A stretch of DNA of 64,000 bases from Candidatus Moraniibacteriota bacterium (GCA_052034935.1 JBPOIB010000001.1:172173-236172); one strand, 5' to 3'; numbered from the stretch's first letter, positions 37,225 through 47,474 are shown. The notes: generated by a model from the letters alone, not told the origin. Program-made: numbers and translations.

Positions 37225-39177
37225 ATGTCAAAGATACTCGGTATTGACCTCGGGACGACCAACTCGGCGATGTCTATCGTCGAAGGCGGCAGCCCTAGCG
37301 TCATCGAAAACAAGGAAGGCAATCGCACCACGCCCTCGATGGTCGCGATGTCGAAGACCAATGAGCGCCTCGTCGGCCTCCTCGCCAAACGTCAGTCCGT
37401 CACCAACCCGGAGAACACGCTCTTTTCCGTGAAGCGCCTCATCGGGCGCCGGTTCGAGGACGACGAGGTGCAGCGTGATATGAAGACGCTGCCCTACAAA
37501 GTCGTGAAGAGCGGCGAGGGGACGAAAGTCATCATGGGCGGCAAGGAATACACCCCGCAGGAAATTTCTGCCATGGTGCTCCAGAAACTGAAAGCCGATG
37601 CCGAAGAGAAGCTCGGCGAGAAGATCACCGATGCGGTCATCACCGTCCCAGCCTACTTCGACGATGCCCAGCGCAAGGCGACGATGGAAGCCGGTGCGAT
37701 CGCGGGCCTCAATGTCCGCCGCATCATCAATGAGCCGACCGCGGCGGCCCTCGCCTATGGTTTCAACAAGAAGAAAGACGAAAAGATCGCGGTCTATGAC
37801 CTCGGCGGCGGTACGTTCGACATCTCCATCCTGGAAGTCTCCGAAGACACGGTCGAAGTGAAGTCGACCAATGGCGATACGCATCTCGGCGGCGACGACT
37901 TCGACCAGCGCGTCATCCACTGGATCCTCGACGAGTTCAAGAAGCAGGAAGGCCTCGACCTCTCCAAGGATCCGCTCGCGCTCCAGCGCATCAAGGAAGC
38001 GGCAGAGAAGGCGAAGATCGAGCTCTCGACTGCTCAGGAATCCGAAATCAATCAGCCGTTCATCACGAGCGGAGCGGACGGTCCGAAGCACCTCGTCATG
38101 AAGCTCACCCGCGCCAAATTGGAAGAGCTCGTCGGTGACCTCGTCACAGGAACGCTCGAGCCGGTGAAGAAGGCGCTCGCCGATGCGAAGCTCTCCGTCT
38201 CTGACATCAATGAAGTCGTCTTGGTCGGAGGAATGACGCGCATGCCGCTCGTCCTCGCGACCGTCGAGAAATTCTTCGGCAAGAAACCAAATATCAGCGT
38301 GAACCCGGATGAGGTCGTCGCGATCGGCGCGGCCATCCAGGGTGGTGTGCTCGAGGGGAGCGTGAAAGACGTTCTGCTTCTCGATGTGACGCCGCTCACC
38401 TTCGGGATCGAAACGCTCGGTGGTGTCCGCACCCCGCTCATCGACCGCAACACGACTGTCCCAGTCTCAAAGAGTCAGACCTTCTCGACCGCCGCTGACA
38501 ATCAGCCACAAGTCGAAATCCATGTGCTCCAGGGCGAGCGTGAGATGGCTGCTGACAACAAGTCGCTCGGCCGCTTCGTCCTCGATGGTATCCCACCAGC
38601 GCCGCGCGGCATCCCGCAAATCGAAGTCAATTTCGACATCGATGCGTCGGGTATCCTCTCGGTGACGGCCAAGGACAAGGCGTCCGGCAAGACCCAGAGT
38701 ATCCGCATCGAATCGTCCACCGGACTTTCCAAGGACGAGATCGAGCGCATGAAGAAAGATGCCGAGCTCCACGCCGAGGAAGACAAGCGCAAGAAAGAGC
38801 TCATCGAAGCGCGCAATATGGCCGACACGCTTTCCTACACGACCGAGAAAGCGATGAAGGACGCGGGCGACAAGCTCACGGCCGAAGAGAAGAAGCCGGT
38901 CGAGGAAGCCATCGCCCAATTGGCCAATGTGAAGAATGGCGACGACCTCGAACAGATCAAGCAGAAAACCGAAGCGCTCTCGCAGGCTGCGCAGAAGATC
39001 GGCGAGAAGCTCTACAAGGCCGCCCAAGAAGCGCAGGCTGCCGCTCAGCCAGCCGCAGGTGCCCAGTCTGGTACCGAAGCTCAAACGGGCTCAACTGCTG
39101 AAGCTCCCAAGGATGCAGAGGTAGAAGAAGCGCCGAAAGCCGCAGGTACTGAGCCTGTCGAAGGTGACAAGAAGTAA
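37225..39177 (+). CDS. dnaK: molecular chaperone DnaK
   Basis: [30 protein letters not shown] motifs; 650 aa. Confidence 0.95.
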   Translation: MSKILGIDLGTTNSAMSIVEGGSPSVIENKEGNRTTPSMVAMSKTNERLVGLLAKRQSVTNPENTLFSVKRLIGRRFEDDEVQRDMKTLPYKVVKSGEGTKVIMGGKEYTPQEISAMVLQKLKADAEEKLGEKITDAVITVPAYFDDAQRKATMEAGAIAGLNVRRIINEPTAAALAYGFNKKKDEKIAVYDLGGGTFDISILEVSEDTVEVKSTNGDTHLGGDDFDQRVIHWILDEFKKQEGLDLSKDPLALQRIKEAAEKAKIELSTAQESEINQPFITSGADGPKHLVMKLTRAKLEELVGDLVTGTLEPVKKALADAKLSVSDINEVVLVGGMTRMPLVLATVEKFFGKKPNISVNPDEVVAIGAAIQGGVLEGSVKDVLLLDVTPLTFGIETLGGVRTPLIDRNTTVPVSKSQTFSTAADNQPQVEIHVLQGEREMAADNKSLGRFVLDGIPPAPRGIPQIEVNFDIDASGILSVTAKDKASGKTQSIRIESSTGLSKDEIERMKKDAELHAEEDKRKKELIEARNMADTLSYTTEKAMKDAGDKLTAEEKKPVEEAIAQLANVKNGDDLEQIKQKTEALSQAAQKIGEKLYKAAQEAQAAAQPAAGAQSGTEAQTGSTAEAPKDAEVEEAPKAAGTEPVEGDKK

Positions 39178-39238
39178 GGAGTAGAATAGGAGCAGGGTTT
39201 CGGCCCTGCTTCTCTTCTTATCCAGTATCCACACGCTT

Positions 39239-40201
39239 ATGCTCGAACGTATCAAAACCATCTTCTACCGGCCGGAGTTCTTCCGGGACCAGCGCTTCAC
39301 GACGAATCAGGCGCTCAGCTTCTACTCGTTCGTCATCCTCGCCTACGTCATCCTCACGCTCTTCACGATGCTGCCGGGAGCGGCGGCTGCCCTCCAGTCG
39401 ATGCGTTCGGGCGAGTGGCAGACGCAAAAGGGGATCGTCGCCAGCCTGTATCCCGAGAATCTGCAGGTCACCGTGAGCCAAGGTGCGGTCTCGACCAATC
39501 AGGCCGGTCCGAGCGTCATCGCCGTCCCGTCGGCCTGGAAGCTCGCGGCCCATCCCGAGCCGGCCTTTCCGATCGACAATCTCGTCGTGATCGATACGAG
39601 CCGGCCGGTGACGCCGGCGACGCTCGAAGACGCGAAGACCGTCGTCCAGATCGGTCAGCACGAAATTGGTTTCCGCAATCCGGAACGCGGCGAGACGCGT
39701 ATCTTCAACCTGAAGGAAGCGAAATTCGACCGGAGTTTCACCCTGACCGCACCGATGTTCCGGGAGGGGATTGAGAAGGGGTTCAAAGCGCTCCAGATCG
39801 GTTTCTTCGCGCTCCTGTTTGTCGTCCCGGCAGTGCTCTACGTTGCCCTCTGGATCGGCTACCTCCTCTATAGCCTCTTCGGCGCGCTCGTCGTCTGGGT
39901 CGCGGCCAATGTCCGGGGGCAGACACTCCGCTACGGTCAGGCCTACCGCTCGGCGCTCTACCTCCTCGCCGGCCCACTCGCGCTCAGCTTCCTCATGTCG
40001 CTCGGCAATGTCCACATCCCGTTTGTGTTCACCCTCGTCCTCTTCGGCATGGCGTTCCTGAATTTCTCAGGAGTTCAGACGAAAGACTCTGAGCCCGTCG
40101 ATGAGCCAAAAGTAGAAAAGCTCCCCGAACCGGTAAAGATTGCTACTGCAGAAGCTCCTAAGGTTGCGGAAAAGCCGGTTGAATCGAATGAAAGTAAGTA
40201 A
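39239..40201 (+). CDS. hypothetical polytopic membrane protein
   Basis: 320-aa ORF, N-terminal TM, periplasmic-like middle, 3-4 C-terminal TM helices, Lys/Glu/Pro-rich tail. Confidence 0.55.
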   Translation: MLERIKTIFYRPEFFRDQRFTTNQALSFYSFVILAYVILTLFTMLPGAAAALQSMRSGEWQTQKGIVASLYPENLQVTVSQGAVSTNQAGPSVIAVPSAWKLAAHPEPAFPIDNLVVIDTSRPVTPATLEDAKTVVQIGQHEIGFRNPERGETRIFNLKEAKFDRSFTLTAPMFREGIEKGFKALQIGFFALLFVVPAVLYVALWIGYLLYSLFGALVVWVAANVRGQTLRYGQAYRSALYLLAGPLALSFLMSLGNVHIPFVFTLVLFGMAFLNFSGVQTKDSEPVDEPKVEKLPEPVKIATAEAPKVAEKPVESNESK

Positions 40202-40243
40202 ACAGGCGGGCCCTTTCGGGCCCGCTTTGTTACCGAGTGTAGT

Positions 40244-40825
40244 ATGAATATATCCTTCTTAGAAAAAATTCCTTATAGAAAAGAGGTATTTTTACTTACC
40301 TACGGGTTTATTCTTACTGGTATTATTGGCGCGATCATAACGTTCGGACTACAGTCTGCATCGTGGAGATATCAAAATAATTCTGCAAAGCTAGAGAAAG
40401 AGCTTAATGTAGCCTCTGATGTTTTTGAACAAATTAGTACAGTAACCGACAAGCGCATCTATAGAATGGATAAGCTTGACCGTTGGCTGGTAGATGGAAC
40501 AGACGATGTAATGATTAATAATCTGATGCGGGAGTATAGGGATGTTCTTTACGAATGGAATGACTCATACAATAAAAATAAGGCTCTCGTAAATTTATAC
40601 TTTGGTACTGAAGTGTCTGCCCGTTTCGACTACATTCATTTCTTCTTTAAACAAGTAGGAAAAGACTTAGAGACCCAATATTACCTATCTTCAGAGAATC
40701 GTAATCAAGAACAGTTAGTTCAAATTGGAAATAGAATTGGTGATTTGAATAACATCGCACTTGAAATCAACGAGGGGATGATAAAGAAAATCCAAGCGCA
40801 GTCAGTCGGATCTTTTCAAAAATAA
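40244..40825 (+). CDS. hypothetical membrane-anchored protein (AT-rich island gene 1)
   Basis: 193 aa, one N-terminal TM; about 33% GC against about 60% in flanking genes. Confidence 0.5.
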   Translation: MNISFLEKIPYRKEVFLLTYGFILTGIIGAIITFGLQSASWRYQNNSAKLEKELNVASDVFEQISTVTDKRIYRMDKLDRWLVDGTDDVMINNLMREYRDVLYEWNDSYNKNKALVNLYFGTEVSARFDYIHFFFKQVGKDLETQYYLSSENRNQEQLVQIGNRIGDLNNIALEINEGMIKKIQAQSVGSFQK

Positions 40826-40871
40826 AAGTATAGCTGTAAACGCATACAATCACCACTACTCAGAAAAATAT

Positions 40872-41396
40872 ATGTATCAAATTCGTATCCTCGCTGATGA
40901 TGGGTTAATAAAAAAGGAATATCGGACTGAACTTGAAGATATATTTCGGAAATCAGGATTGAATTTTGAGTATGTAGAATGTGATACACACGCAAAGGGT
41001 GGTGTAATTTGGTTTGCAACTGGATTAATAATTGCAGCTGTTGGAATGACTGCTCAAGGATTTTTCTCCGCTGTGGGTGAAGATCTTTATAAAAAACTCA
41101 AAGAGTTAATTAAGGACTCTTTAAAAAATCCACCGGAAAATACTCCGGGCATTGGAGTAGCTTATATATCCTTTATAAACGACGGTATTGAATTCTATTT
41201 TGAGTTTAGTGAGTTCATGATGGATAACTACGACGAGGCATCTTCTAGAATACTTGCAGATAATGATAGAATCGCGTCTGAGTTTAGGATAATTTCAAAG
41301 AAAGAGTTAGAGAACATACACGGGGAATTCACGAGTGTTACTTTAAGGTTCGATGAAAATAGTCGGCGATGGATTGTAGCGCACTACAATTTATAA
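40872..41396 (+). CDS. hypothetical protein (AT-rich island gene 2)
   Basis: 174 aa, one internal hydrophobic segment; about 35% GC. Confidence 0.5.
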   Translation: MYQIRILADDGLIKKEYRTELEDIFRKSGLNFEYVECDTHAKGGVIWFATGLIIAAVGMTAQGFFSAVGEDLYKKLKELIKDSLKNPPENTPGIGVAYISFINDGIEFYFEFSEFMMDNYDEASSRILADNDRIASEFRIISKKELENIHGEFTSVTLRFDENSRRWIVAHYNL

Positions 41397-41404
41397 GTAA
41401 GCAT

Positions 41405-41713
41405 ATGAAATTCATCATCATCTACATCACTCATGCGGATATGAGGGCGGCGAAGAAGGTCGTGGAGGCATTGCTCCGCGATAAGCTCATCGCTTGCGCG
41501 AATTATTTCCCTATCGAGAGCGCGTATTGGTGGAAAGGGGAAATCACAAATGCCAAGGAAATCGTCTCGATCGTGAAGACCAAGAAATCAAACTGGACGA
41601 AAGTAAAGAAGGCGGTCGAGGTCATCCATCCCTACGACACTCCGTGCATCATGAAATTCGAAGTCGAATCCAACAAATCCTACGCCGACTGGATCCACAC
41701 CGAAACAAAATAA
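41405..41713 (+). CDS. cutA: divalent-cation tolerance protein CutA
   Basis: KLIACANYFPIESAYWWKGEI...HPYDTPCI matches the CutA1 family signature. Confidence 0.8.
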   Translation: MKFIIIYITHADMRAAKKVVEALLRDKLIACANYFPIESAYWWKGEITNAKEIVSIVKTKKSNWTKVKKAVEVIHPYDTPCIMKFEVESNKSYADWIHTETK

Positions 41714-41750
41714 AAAAATAGTTCAATGGAGTTAACCAATTGAACTATTT
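41712..41750. terminator. bidirectional terminator
   Basis: A7-AGTTCAATGG-loop-CCAATTGAACT-ATTT. Confidence 0.5.
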
Positions 41751-41833
41751 GGGGTGGGTTGGCCTTGGGCCAGTCTGGCGGGCGGCGGCCGCGCCAGCGT
41801 GCCGACCAGTGGTCGCTTTCCATGACGGTCTCC

Positions 41834-42142
41834 TTACTTGCTGACTTCGTAACCCTTCAGACCGCCGAGGGTCTTCAGGACTGTATCAAGATTGAGTCCG
41901 TAGACTCGGATCTCCTGCTTGCCGAGCTTGGTCAAGACGGTCAGGAGAATGCTGCTGCCATCGTTCGCCGCCTTCACCCGCTTGCCGGCGTAGCGAATCG
42001 GCTTGCCGCTCGCGGTGATGTAGCCGGGGGAGCAAGTGCCGCCCGCTTTGGTGACGGCGTTGACGATGGGTATGGCCGCTTCGGTCACGCTATCGTGGCG
42101 ACCGACGAGGCCGGATGTATCTAACTTCATGTGTTGCTCCAA
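41834..42142 (-). CDS. hypothetical protein
   Basis: 102-aa ORF; beta-rich Gly/Lys composition. Confidence 0.45.
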   Translation of the reverse strand: MEQHMKLDTSGLVGRHDSVTEAAIPIVNAVTKAGGTCSPGYITASGKPIRYAGKRVKAANDGSSILLTVLTKLGKQEIRVYGLNLDTVLKTLGGLKGYEVSK

Positions 42143-42248
42143 AAGGACGTGATTCGGCTGCAGCCGACCCTGGTTAGTGAAGATTCACCAACATAATATC
42201 ATAGCACTTTTTAATGATAAAATCAAGTGCCAGGTAGTATTTTAAGAC

Positions 42249-42284
42249 AAATGAAAAACGGCAGGTCGGATGACACTGCCGTCT
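42249..42284 (-). terminator. conserved hairpin terminator repeat, copy 1 (minus-strand reading: ACGGCAG-loop-CTGCCGTTTTTCATT)
   Basis: Plus strand AATGAAAAACGGCAG-gtcggatgaca-CTGCCGT; 35 nt beyond the stop of gene 42318..42737. Confidence 0.7.
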
Positions 42285-42317
42285 TGGATGCTAGCGTGGC
42301 AAACACGGATGAGTGGT

Positions 42318-42737
42318 TCACTCGGCAGCCTTCCATTCGAAGTGCAGCCAGTGGAAATGGCGCCCATTGCGCGGCACCAGGTTGGGGAGGGTGATGGCCT
42401 TCGATCGGCTCGGAGTACCTTCGACGATAAACCGATCGGCGCGTTCGGCGCCGCGGATGAGTGCTTCGCGGAGTTGGGCAGCCGAGAGTTCGTACTGGTG
42501 GTGCAAGACGATCTCGGCCATGATGCGAAGGATGACCGATTCGTATTCGCTGGCGATTAGCCAGTCGCCATTTTCAAATTCGAGTGCCGTGAGCCGGAGC
42601 GGCGGAAGCGCTGCTTCCGTCAAGAGGGCGATGGCGAAGCCCTCAGCGGCTTCTTCGATGGCGGAGCGGTAAATCGCGGCTTCGAGGCGGCGGATAGCTT
42701 CGTTTCGAGTGACCACGAGGAATCTCCTGGTTGGCAA
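42318..42737 (-). CDS. hypothetical protein
   Basis: 139-aa ORF with a TTG start; followed by its own repeat-terminator. Confidence 0.4.
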   Translation of the reverse strand: MPTRRFLVVTRNEAIRRLEAAIYRSAIEEAAEGFAIALLTEAALPPLRLTALEFENGDWLIASEYESVILRIMAEIVLHHQYELSAAQLREALIRGAERADRFIVEGTPSRSKAITLPNLVPRNGRHFHWLHFEWKAAE

Positions 42738-42778
42738 AGAATACTTTGAAACTACCGTATCCCTCTCTTGCCGTCAAA

Positions 42779-42815
42779 AATGAAAAACGGCAGAACTTTC
42801 GAGGTCCTGCCGTCT
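42779..42815 (-). terminator. conserved hairpin terminator repeat, copy 2
   Basis: AATGAAAAACGGCAGAAC-tttcgag-GTCCTGCCGT; 30 nt beyond the stop of gene 42845..43402. Confidence 0.7.
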
Positions 42816-42844
42816 TGTTGTGCCAGCGGTTGCCGGCGAGTGCT

Positions 42845-43402
42845 TCAGGCAGCGAGACGTTCTTCACCATGGATGGGATGCCAGGCACGGAAGGCGCGGA
42901 GCGGTTCATTCGCCCGGACCGCCTCGATCACTTCCTGCGCCGGCGGTTGGTACAGGTAGAGCGTGACCGGGAGGAAGCTCTCGGCCATCGCTGAAAGGAT
43001 CTCTGCGTGATCCGCCCGGTCGCGCTTGCCTATGCGGCCGGTGCCGATCCGGACGCTGGAGTAACGCCGGCTACCTTCCGTCTGCCACAGGTAATCGAGC
43101 CCGAAACGGACGTAGCGATGAGCACCCTTCCAGCCATGCTCGCCGAGCGAGTGGCAGATGAGCATGTGAACCTGGCGGTCCGAGTTGAACTGGAAGCTGA
43201 GCACGCTGCCGAGGACGATCGGGTAGGCGACCGAAATCTTCTTGACGAAGGGGAGACCGATGCCGGTCACGTCCGAGAGTTCGCTGTTCATGCCGATGAT
43301 GATGTCGGCTCGGTTGTCCGGGCTGGTGATATCGCCTTGGACGATGTCTTTGATCACGGTTGTCTCCAAAGAGCTTGCCGGTTGCGGGATGCATCCGGAC
43401 AT
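42845..43402 (-). CDS. macro-domain-like protein (putative ADP-ribose binding/processing), low confidence
   Basis: GDITSPDNRADIIIGMNSELSDVTGIGLPF resembles the macro-domain N-terminal GDIT...DAIVNAAN pattern. Confidence 0.4.
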   Translation of the reverse strand: MSGCIPQPASSLETTVIKDIVQGDITSPDNRADIIIGMNSELSDVTGIGLPFVKKISVAYPIVLGSVLSFQFNSDRQVHMLICHSLGEHGWKGAHRYVRFGLDYLWQTEGSRRYSSVRIGTGRIGKRDRADHAEILSAMAESFLPVTLYLYQPPAQEVIEAVRANEPLRAFRAWHPIHGEERLAA

Positions 43403-43457
43403 GGGAGTACCTTAGCAGAAAAAGAGGCACTGTCAAGAGTCTCCAGTCACCTGAGAA

Positions 43458-43490
43458 AATGAAAAACGGCAGGTCGGTTGACTTGCCGTT
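43458..43490 (-). terminator. conserved hairpin terminator repeat, copy 3
   Basis: AATGAAAAACGGCAG-gtcggttgact-TGCCGT; 43 nt beyond the stop of gene 43533..43886. Confidence 0.7.
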
Positions 43491-43532
43491 CGTGTGTGCC
43501 GATGGTGAGGCTGGTGGTGCTGCTGCGGGCGT

Positions 43533-43886
43533 CTAGGCGATGACCAGGGCGTCAACGAGTTCGGGCTTGCCCGTTGGCCCGACGCCGTCGAATTCGGCCA
43601 CGACACCGCCGGCGGGGAGCTGAATCTCCTTGCCGTCGATCCGGAGGAGATGGATGTGGAGCCGGCCGCCGAAGGCGCCGTTCCTTTCCTCGGGATAGAA
43701 ACGGGCCTCGATGCGGGTACGGCGGTCGTTCGGCTGTACCGGGCAATCCTTGATGGCGAGGTTCGGTCCGTCGACGTCGATGACTTCGCTGACGTCGAGG
43801 CTCAGGCTGTTGGCATCGAGACCGTAGCCGAGGAAAAGGGTGAAACGAAGCGCTTGGCGGGCGTAGTCAGCAGGCATTTGATCCAT
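43533..43886 (-). CDS. hypothetical protein
   Basis: 117-aa ORF with an ATG start; own repeat-terminator. Confidence 0.45.
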   Translation of the reverse strand: MDQMPADYARQALRFTLFLGYGLDANSLSLDVSEVIDVDGPNLAIKDCPVQPNDRRTRIEARFYPEERNGAFGGRLHIHLLRIDGKEIQLPAGGVVAEFDGVGPTGKPELVDALVIA

Positions 43887-43973
43887 GATGTCTCCGAAAG
43901 AACGGGGTTGGTCGGCCGGGCGATTCCTGGCCGAATGAGATAAATCTGCTACAAAAATCGATTTTCGTCAAGG

Positions 43974-44010
43974 GAAAATGGAAAATGGCAGAGCTTTGGG
44001 GCGCTGCTGT
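43974..44010 (-). repeat. degenerate copy of the hairpin terminator repeat (orphan)
   Basis: AAAATGGAAAATGGCAG-agctttggggcg-CTGCTGT; no minus-strand gene upstream of it. Confidence 0.4.
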
Positions 44011-44066
44011 TGAGAAGGTGTACAATAGGGGTGTTGAACGTCTTTTAATCAGTAAGCGGCCGGCTT

Positions 44067-44234
44067 ATGGATAAAGTAAAAATTGAGAATCACAGTTTCA
44101 CGGGGTTCTCCTGGTTTGCGGGGTGGCTCTTCACCATCGGATTCCTCGGTCTCTCATTTGGAAAGGGGTTGCTCGCCGTTCTCCTCTGGCCGTACTATAT
44201 CGGCCAGTACGTGAGCGGTATCGTCGGGAGCTAG
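44067..44234 (+). CDS. small membrane protein, hypothetical
   Basis: 55-aa ORF with two hydrophobic helices; below the track cutoff. Confidence 0.25.
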   Translation: MDKVKIENHSFTGFSWFAGWLFTIGFLGLSFGKGLLAVLLWPYYIGQYVSGIVGS

Positions 44235-44300
44235 AAGTAAATATCGTGCTGGTCAAAGAGTCAGCCGATAAGCTGAGAGATTTTTTAAAGCCGTAAATAT

Positions 44301-44591
44301 ATGACCAAACCAGAGCAACAAATCCAGATAAAGGCGACGGATGAAGTTTTGAAAGGAGTCTATTCCAATATGGCTCATATCTCGCATACGGGAGAGGAAT
44401 TTATCCTCGATTTTCTCTCAGTCTATCCGCCGACTGGGAGTCTGAACGCTCGTGTCATCATCAGCCCGAGCCATATGAAACGTATGGTAGCTGCTCTCGC
44501 GGACAATCTGGCCAAGTACGAAAAGCAATTCGGTTTGATCAAGGCGAGCGACGCGCCAACCACGGCACCGATTGGGTTTTCAGAAAAATAA
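44301..44591 (+). CDS. hypothetical protein, DUF3467-like
   Basis: VYSNMAHISHTGEEFILDF resembles the DUF3467 core as I recall it. Confidence 0.5.
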   Translation: MTKPEQQIQIKATDEVLKGVYSNMAHISHTGEEFILDFLSVYPPTGSLNARVIISPSHMKRMVAALADNLAKYEKQFGLIKASDAPTTAPIGFSEK

Positions 44592-44604
44592 GCTGCCTCT
44601 CAGT

Positions 44605-45150
44605 ATGCTGCACTATGTTCTTTTTGGTCTCCTCTTCATGGTTGTCGGGGAGTTCTTGGTGAATGTCGTCTTCAAAGAGACGCTCGCCGGCTTCTTCGGT
44701 ACGCTCATCCTGTATGCAGTCATGCTCACGCTCGCGTATCCGGTCACGCGGCTCGGCAAAAAACTGCTCAAGATGTCAGGCTATTTTCTGACCTCGATGA
44801 TCATTCTCTTCGGCAGCTTGGGACTTTTCGTCATGGAATGGGTAATCATTGGTAACTCTCCGTGGGGGAATCCTGACGCAAGCCAGATTGCGATGTTCAT
44901 CTGGTGGGCGGGTGTGTTCGTTTTTCCGCTTCTCTGGGGCGAAGCGCTGCCCGTCCTTCAATTGATTCGCCGCCGGTCTTTGCAATACCATGCCGTGTAT
45001 ATGGGGACGCTCGTTGCTATGATGCTGCTCATCCCATTCATCCCGATGATGAAACCGCTCTCGCTGTTCGTCTTCACTTACGGACTTTTTCCTTACGGGT
45101 ATTTTTTGGGCGCCTCTGTCTGGCTCGTGAGAAAATCACCGTCTGAATGA
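44605..45150 (+). CDS. hypothetical polytopic membrane protein
   Basis: ATG 44605 within ORF 44572..45150; 6 predicted TM helices. Confidence 0.5.
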   Translation: MLHYVLFGLLFMVVGEFLVNVVFKETLAGFFGTLILYAVMLTLAYPVTRLGKKLLKMSGYFLTSMIILFGSLGLFVMEWVIIGNSPWGNPDASQIAMFIWWAGVFVFPLLWGEALPVLQLIRRRSLQYHAVYMGTLVAMMLLIPFIPMMKPLSLFVFTYGLFPYGYFLGASVWLVRKSPSE

Positions 45151-45527
45151 AAGAAAAAGCCCGGGCGGAGTGCCTAGGCTTCGTGCGGCGATTGCATCGC
45201 CAAAGAACTACTTGTTGTCGCTTGTGCCGCTGCCCCACTCGGCTTCGTCTCTCGCCGTCCAGACCATCCTGGACCCCGTTCCTTTCTTCGCCCGCGGAGG
45301 GTGCACAGCCACCTTGGCTCGCTTCCGGCGAAAACGGATTCGCTTGGGTATGAGCGCGAGGATACTTGTCATGAGCATGAGAACGAGCAAATTATGCCCT
45401 GTCTTCACGGAGTCTCCTTGTGGTGATTTTGAGAGTCAGTAACCAGCCTATGAAATAGGTAACAGAGATAATAACACATTACCTCTTTTCGGTCAATGTT
45501 AAAGCGGTTCTATCAAGAGAGCGGGTC

Positions 45528-45565
45528 AATGAAAAACGGCAGAACTTTGTGGGGTTCTGCCGTTC
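45528..45565 (-). terminator. conserved hairpin terminator repeat, copy 5
   Basis: AATGAAAAACGGCAGAAC-tttgtggg-GTTCTGCCGT; 40 nt beyond the stop of the GNAT gene. Confidence 0.7.
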
Positions 45566-45604
45566 GTGTTTGCCGACGGTTTTCGGCGTATGCGGCTGGC
45601 CTTC

Positions 45605-46129
45605 TCAATGCGATACCTGTCCGAGTTCGAAGCGGTAGACGTTGGCGCTCTCTTCATCACCCGGGAGAGCCGGCTGGATCAGCCGGAATCCGAGTTTCTC
45701 GAACAGCCGATTGGCTTCGACTCGCTTCGCTTTTGATCGAAGCTCGACGTGGGGGAGATGCCGACCCTTCGCCTCTTGCAGGGCCGCTTTGACGAGGATC
45801 TGTCCGATGCCGCGTCGCCGGCAATCGCCTTTCACGACGAGGTCATGGATTTCTCCGTGCCGCTCGACGCCGGGCGTAACGACCAGCCTCGCGATCCCGA
45901 GCATCTTGCCGTTGTCAGACAAGTCGACAGCAAGAAGGCAATCACTCCCTCTCGCCAGCGCCTGAATGGCCTCGAATGTGACCTTGTCCCTTGGATAGGG
46001 GGACAGTTCGCAGTAAAGATCAACGAGATGGGCTTTTCCGTCGCCAGTGAACCGCCACGGTTCAAACCCGGCGTCGTGCTCGACACTTACGTGATGGTGC
46101 ATGGACAACTCCAGTGTGTGAGGGGACAA
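45605..46129 (-). CDS. GNAT-family N-acetyltransferase
   Basis: Acetyl-CoA binding motif RRRGIGQILV...ANRLFEKLGF. Confidence 0.75.
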   Translation of the reverse strand: MSPHTLELSMHHHVSVEHDAGFEPWRFTGDGKAHLVDLYCELSPYPRDKVTFEAIQALARGSDCLLAVDLSDNGKMLGIARLVVTPGVERHGEIHDLVVKGDCRRRGIGQILVKAALQEAKGRHLPHVELRSKAKRVEANRLFEKLGFRLIQPALPGDEESANVYRFELGQVSH

Positions 46130-46283
46130 AAATAGCTTCCGTTGAAGCCGATAGTTCCATTCTTACTCTCGCCGGGCTCGTTGGTCAAGATTCTTATGAC
46201 ACGGAAGGGAAGCAGCCTCTCTTCCGAGAAAAGACCCGATCAACATGGTGTTCGGGCCTAAGAGATTGGCGTAGAGTGTCCTC

Positions 46284-47474
46284 TTACTGTGGATTTCTTT
46301 TCATCGTCCGCGAGAGTCCGACGAGTGCGAGACTCCCGAGAGCGAGAAAGACCGTACCGCTCGTGAGGAGTGCCACTTGGAGTGAAACCGCATCGTGGAT
46401 CCATCCCATGATCGGACCGAGAGCCGAAAAGAGCAGTCGTGCCAAGAGATTCTTCACCGAGAGTACGGTCGCCCGGATTTCTGAATCAATCAGGCCGTTG
46501 ATGTAGTCCGAGAGGATCGGACCGTGGACACCGCGTGTGATGTAGAAGAGTGCGATGATGGCGGCCGCCGCAAGTGACCCGGCCATCCCGAGGAAGAGAT
46601 ATCCGGTAGCAGGAAGCATGATGAGGGCGATGAGCGACCCGCGTTTTCCGAGTCGCTCTTCAATCGCGTGCGCGTGCCAAGAGCACGATGCTCCGACGAG
46701 CTGGAACGTGGCCCAGACGATGCCGAAGTAAGTGAGTGGTAGCCCGGCCTGCTGGAGGTAGGGCTGGGTGAACCAGACCATAGTGAGCGTCGATGCGCCC
46801 ACAGTAGCGGAGTAGAGGCAGAGCCACTTGATTTCGCTATGGTCATGAAGCGCGTACTTGGCGAGACGCAACATGTCACGGAAGGCGCTTCCCTTCGAGA
46901 TGAGCTGTTGCCGTTTCGGTTCGACGATTGAGAGAGCGAGCGGGATGAGTGCCAGCATGATGATGGCCTCACAGTAGAGCGGAAAGCGCAGACTGATGAG
47001 AGCTAGCGCCCCGCCGAGAATGCTCGCGATGCTTTCCGAGACCATGGCGAGGCTCGTGTTGCGCCCTTCGATGCGCTTGTGCTCGTCGGTCCGACCCATT
47101 TCTCGGAGCGAATCGTAGAGGAGGGCGGATTCGGTCCCAGATAGGAAACTCGCGCCGAACCCGAGGAGAATTTCTGCGAGGAGGAATCCCCAGAACCCAG
47201 TCCCGATCGCATAGACGCCGTGTCCAATGACGCCGAGTGTGCAGCCGATGATGATCGAGGTCCGGCGACCGAAGCGATCCGAGAGATAGCCGGTCGGAAC
47301 TTCGAAAGCGATCACCGCGATTGAGAAGAGCGATTGAAGGAGGAACACCTGCGAGAGAGTCAGCCCGTTCTCCTGGAAGAAGAGCACAATGACCGGGATG
47401 ATGAGCATGAAGCTCCGGATTGACCGGATGACAGCGATCTTCCAGAGATTATCGGAAACGCGTCCGTTTGGCAT
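46284..47474 (-). CDS. MFS-type transporter
   Basis: 12 TM helices; typical loop 2-3 motif (DRFGRR). Confidence 0.75.
   Translation of the reverse strand: MPNGRVSDNLWKIAVIRSIRSFMLIIPVIVLFFQENGLTLSQVFLLQSLFSIAVIAFEVPTGYLSDRFGRRTSIIIGCTLGVIGHGVYAIGTGFWGFLLAEILLGFGASFLSGTESALLYDSLREMGRTDEHKRIEGRNTSLAMVSESIASILGGALALISLRFPLYCEAIIMLALIPLALSIVEPKRQQLISKGSAFRDMLRLAKYALHDHSEIKWLCLYSATVGASTLTMVWFTQPYLQQAGLPLTYFGIVWATFQLVGASCSWHAHAIEERLGKRGSLIALIMLPATGYLFLGMAGSLAAAAIIALFYITRGVHGPILSDYINGLIDSEIRATVLSVKNLLARLLFSALGPIMGWIHDAVSLQVALLTSGTVFLALGSLALVGLSRTMKRNPQ

Noticed and set aside
37228-39084. Several long minus-strand ORFs (287 aa, 205 aa and others)
   Set aside because: All are antisense to dnaK in high-GC sequence; no domains; dnaK is unambiguous.
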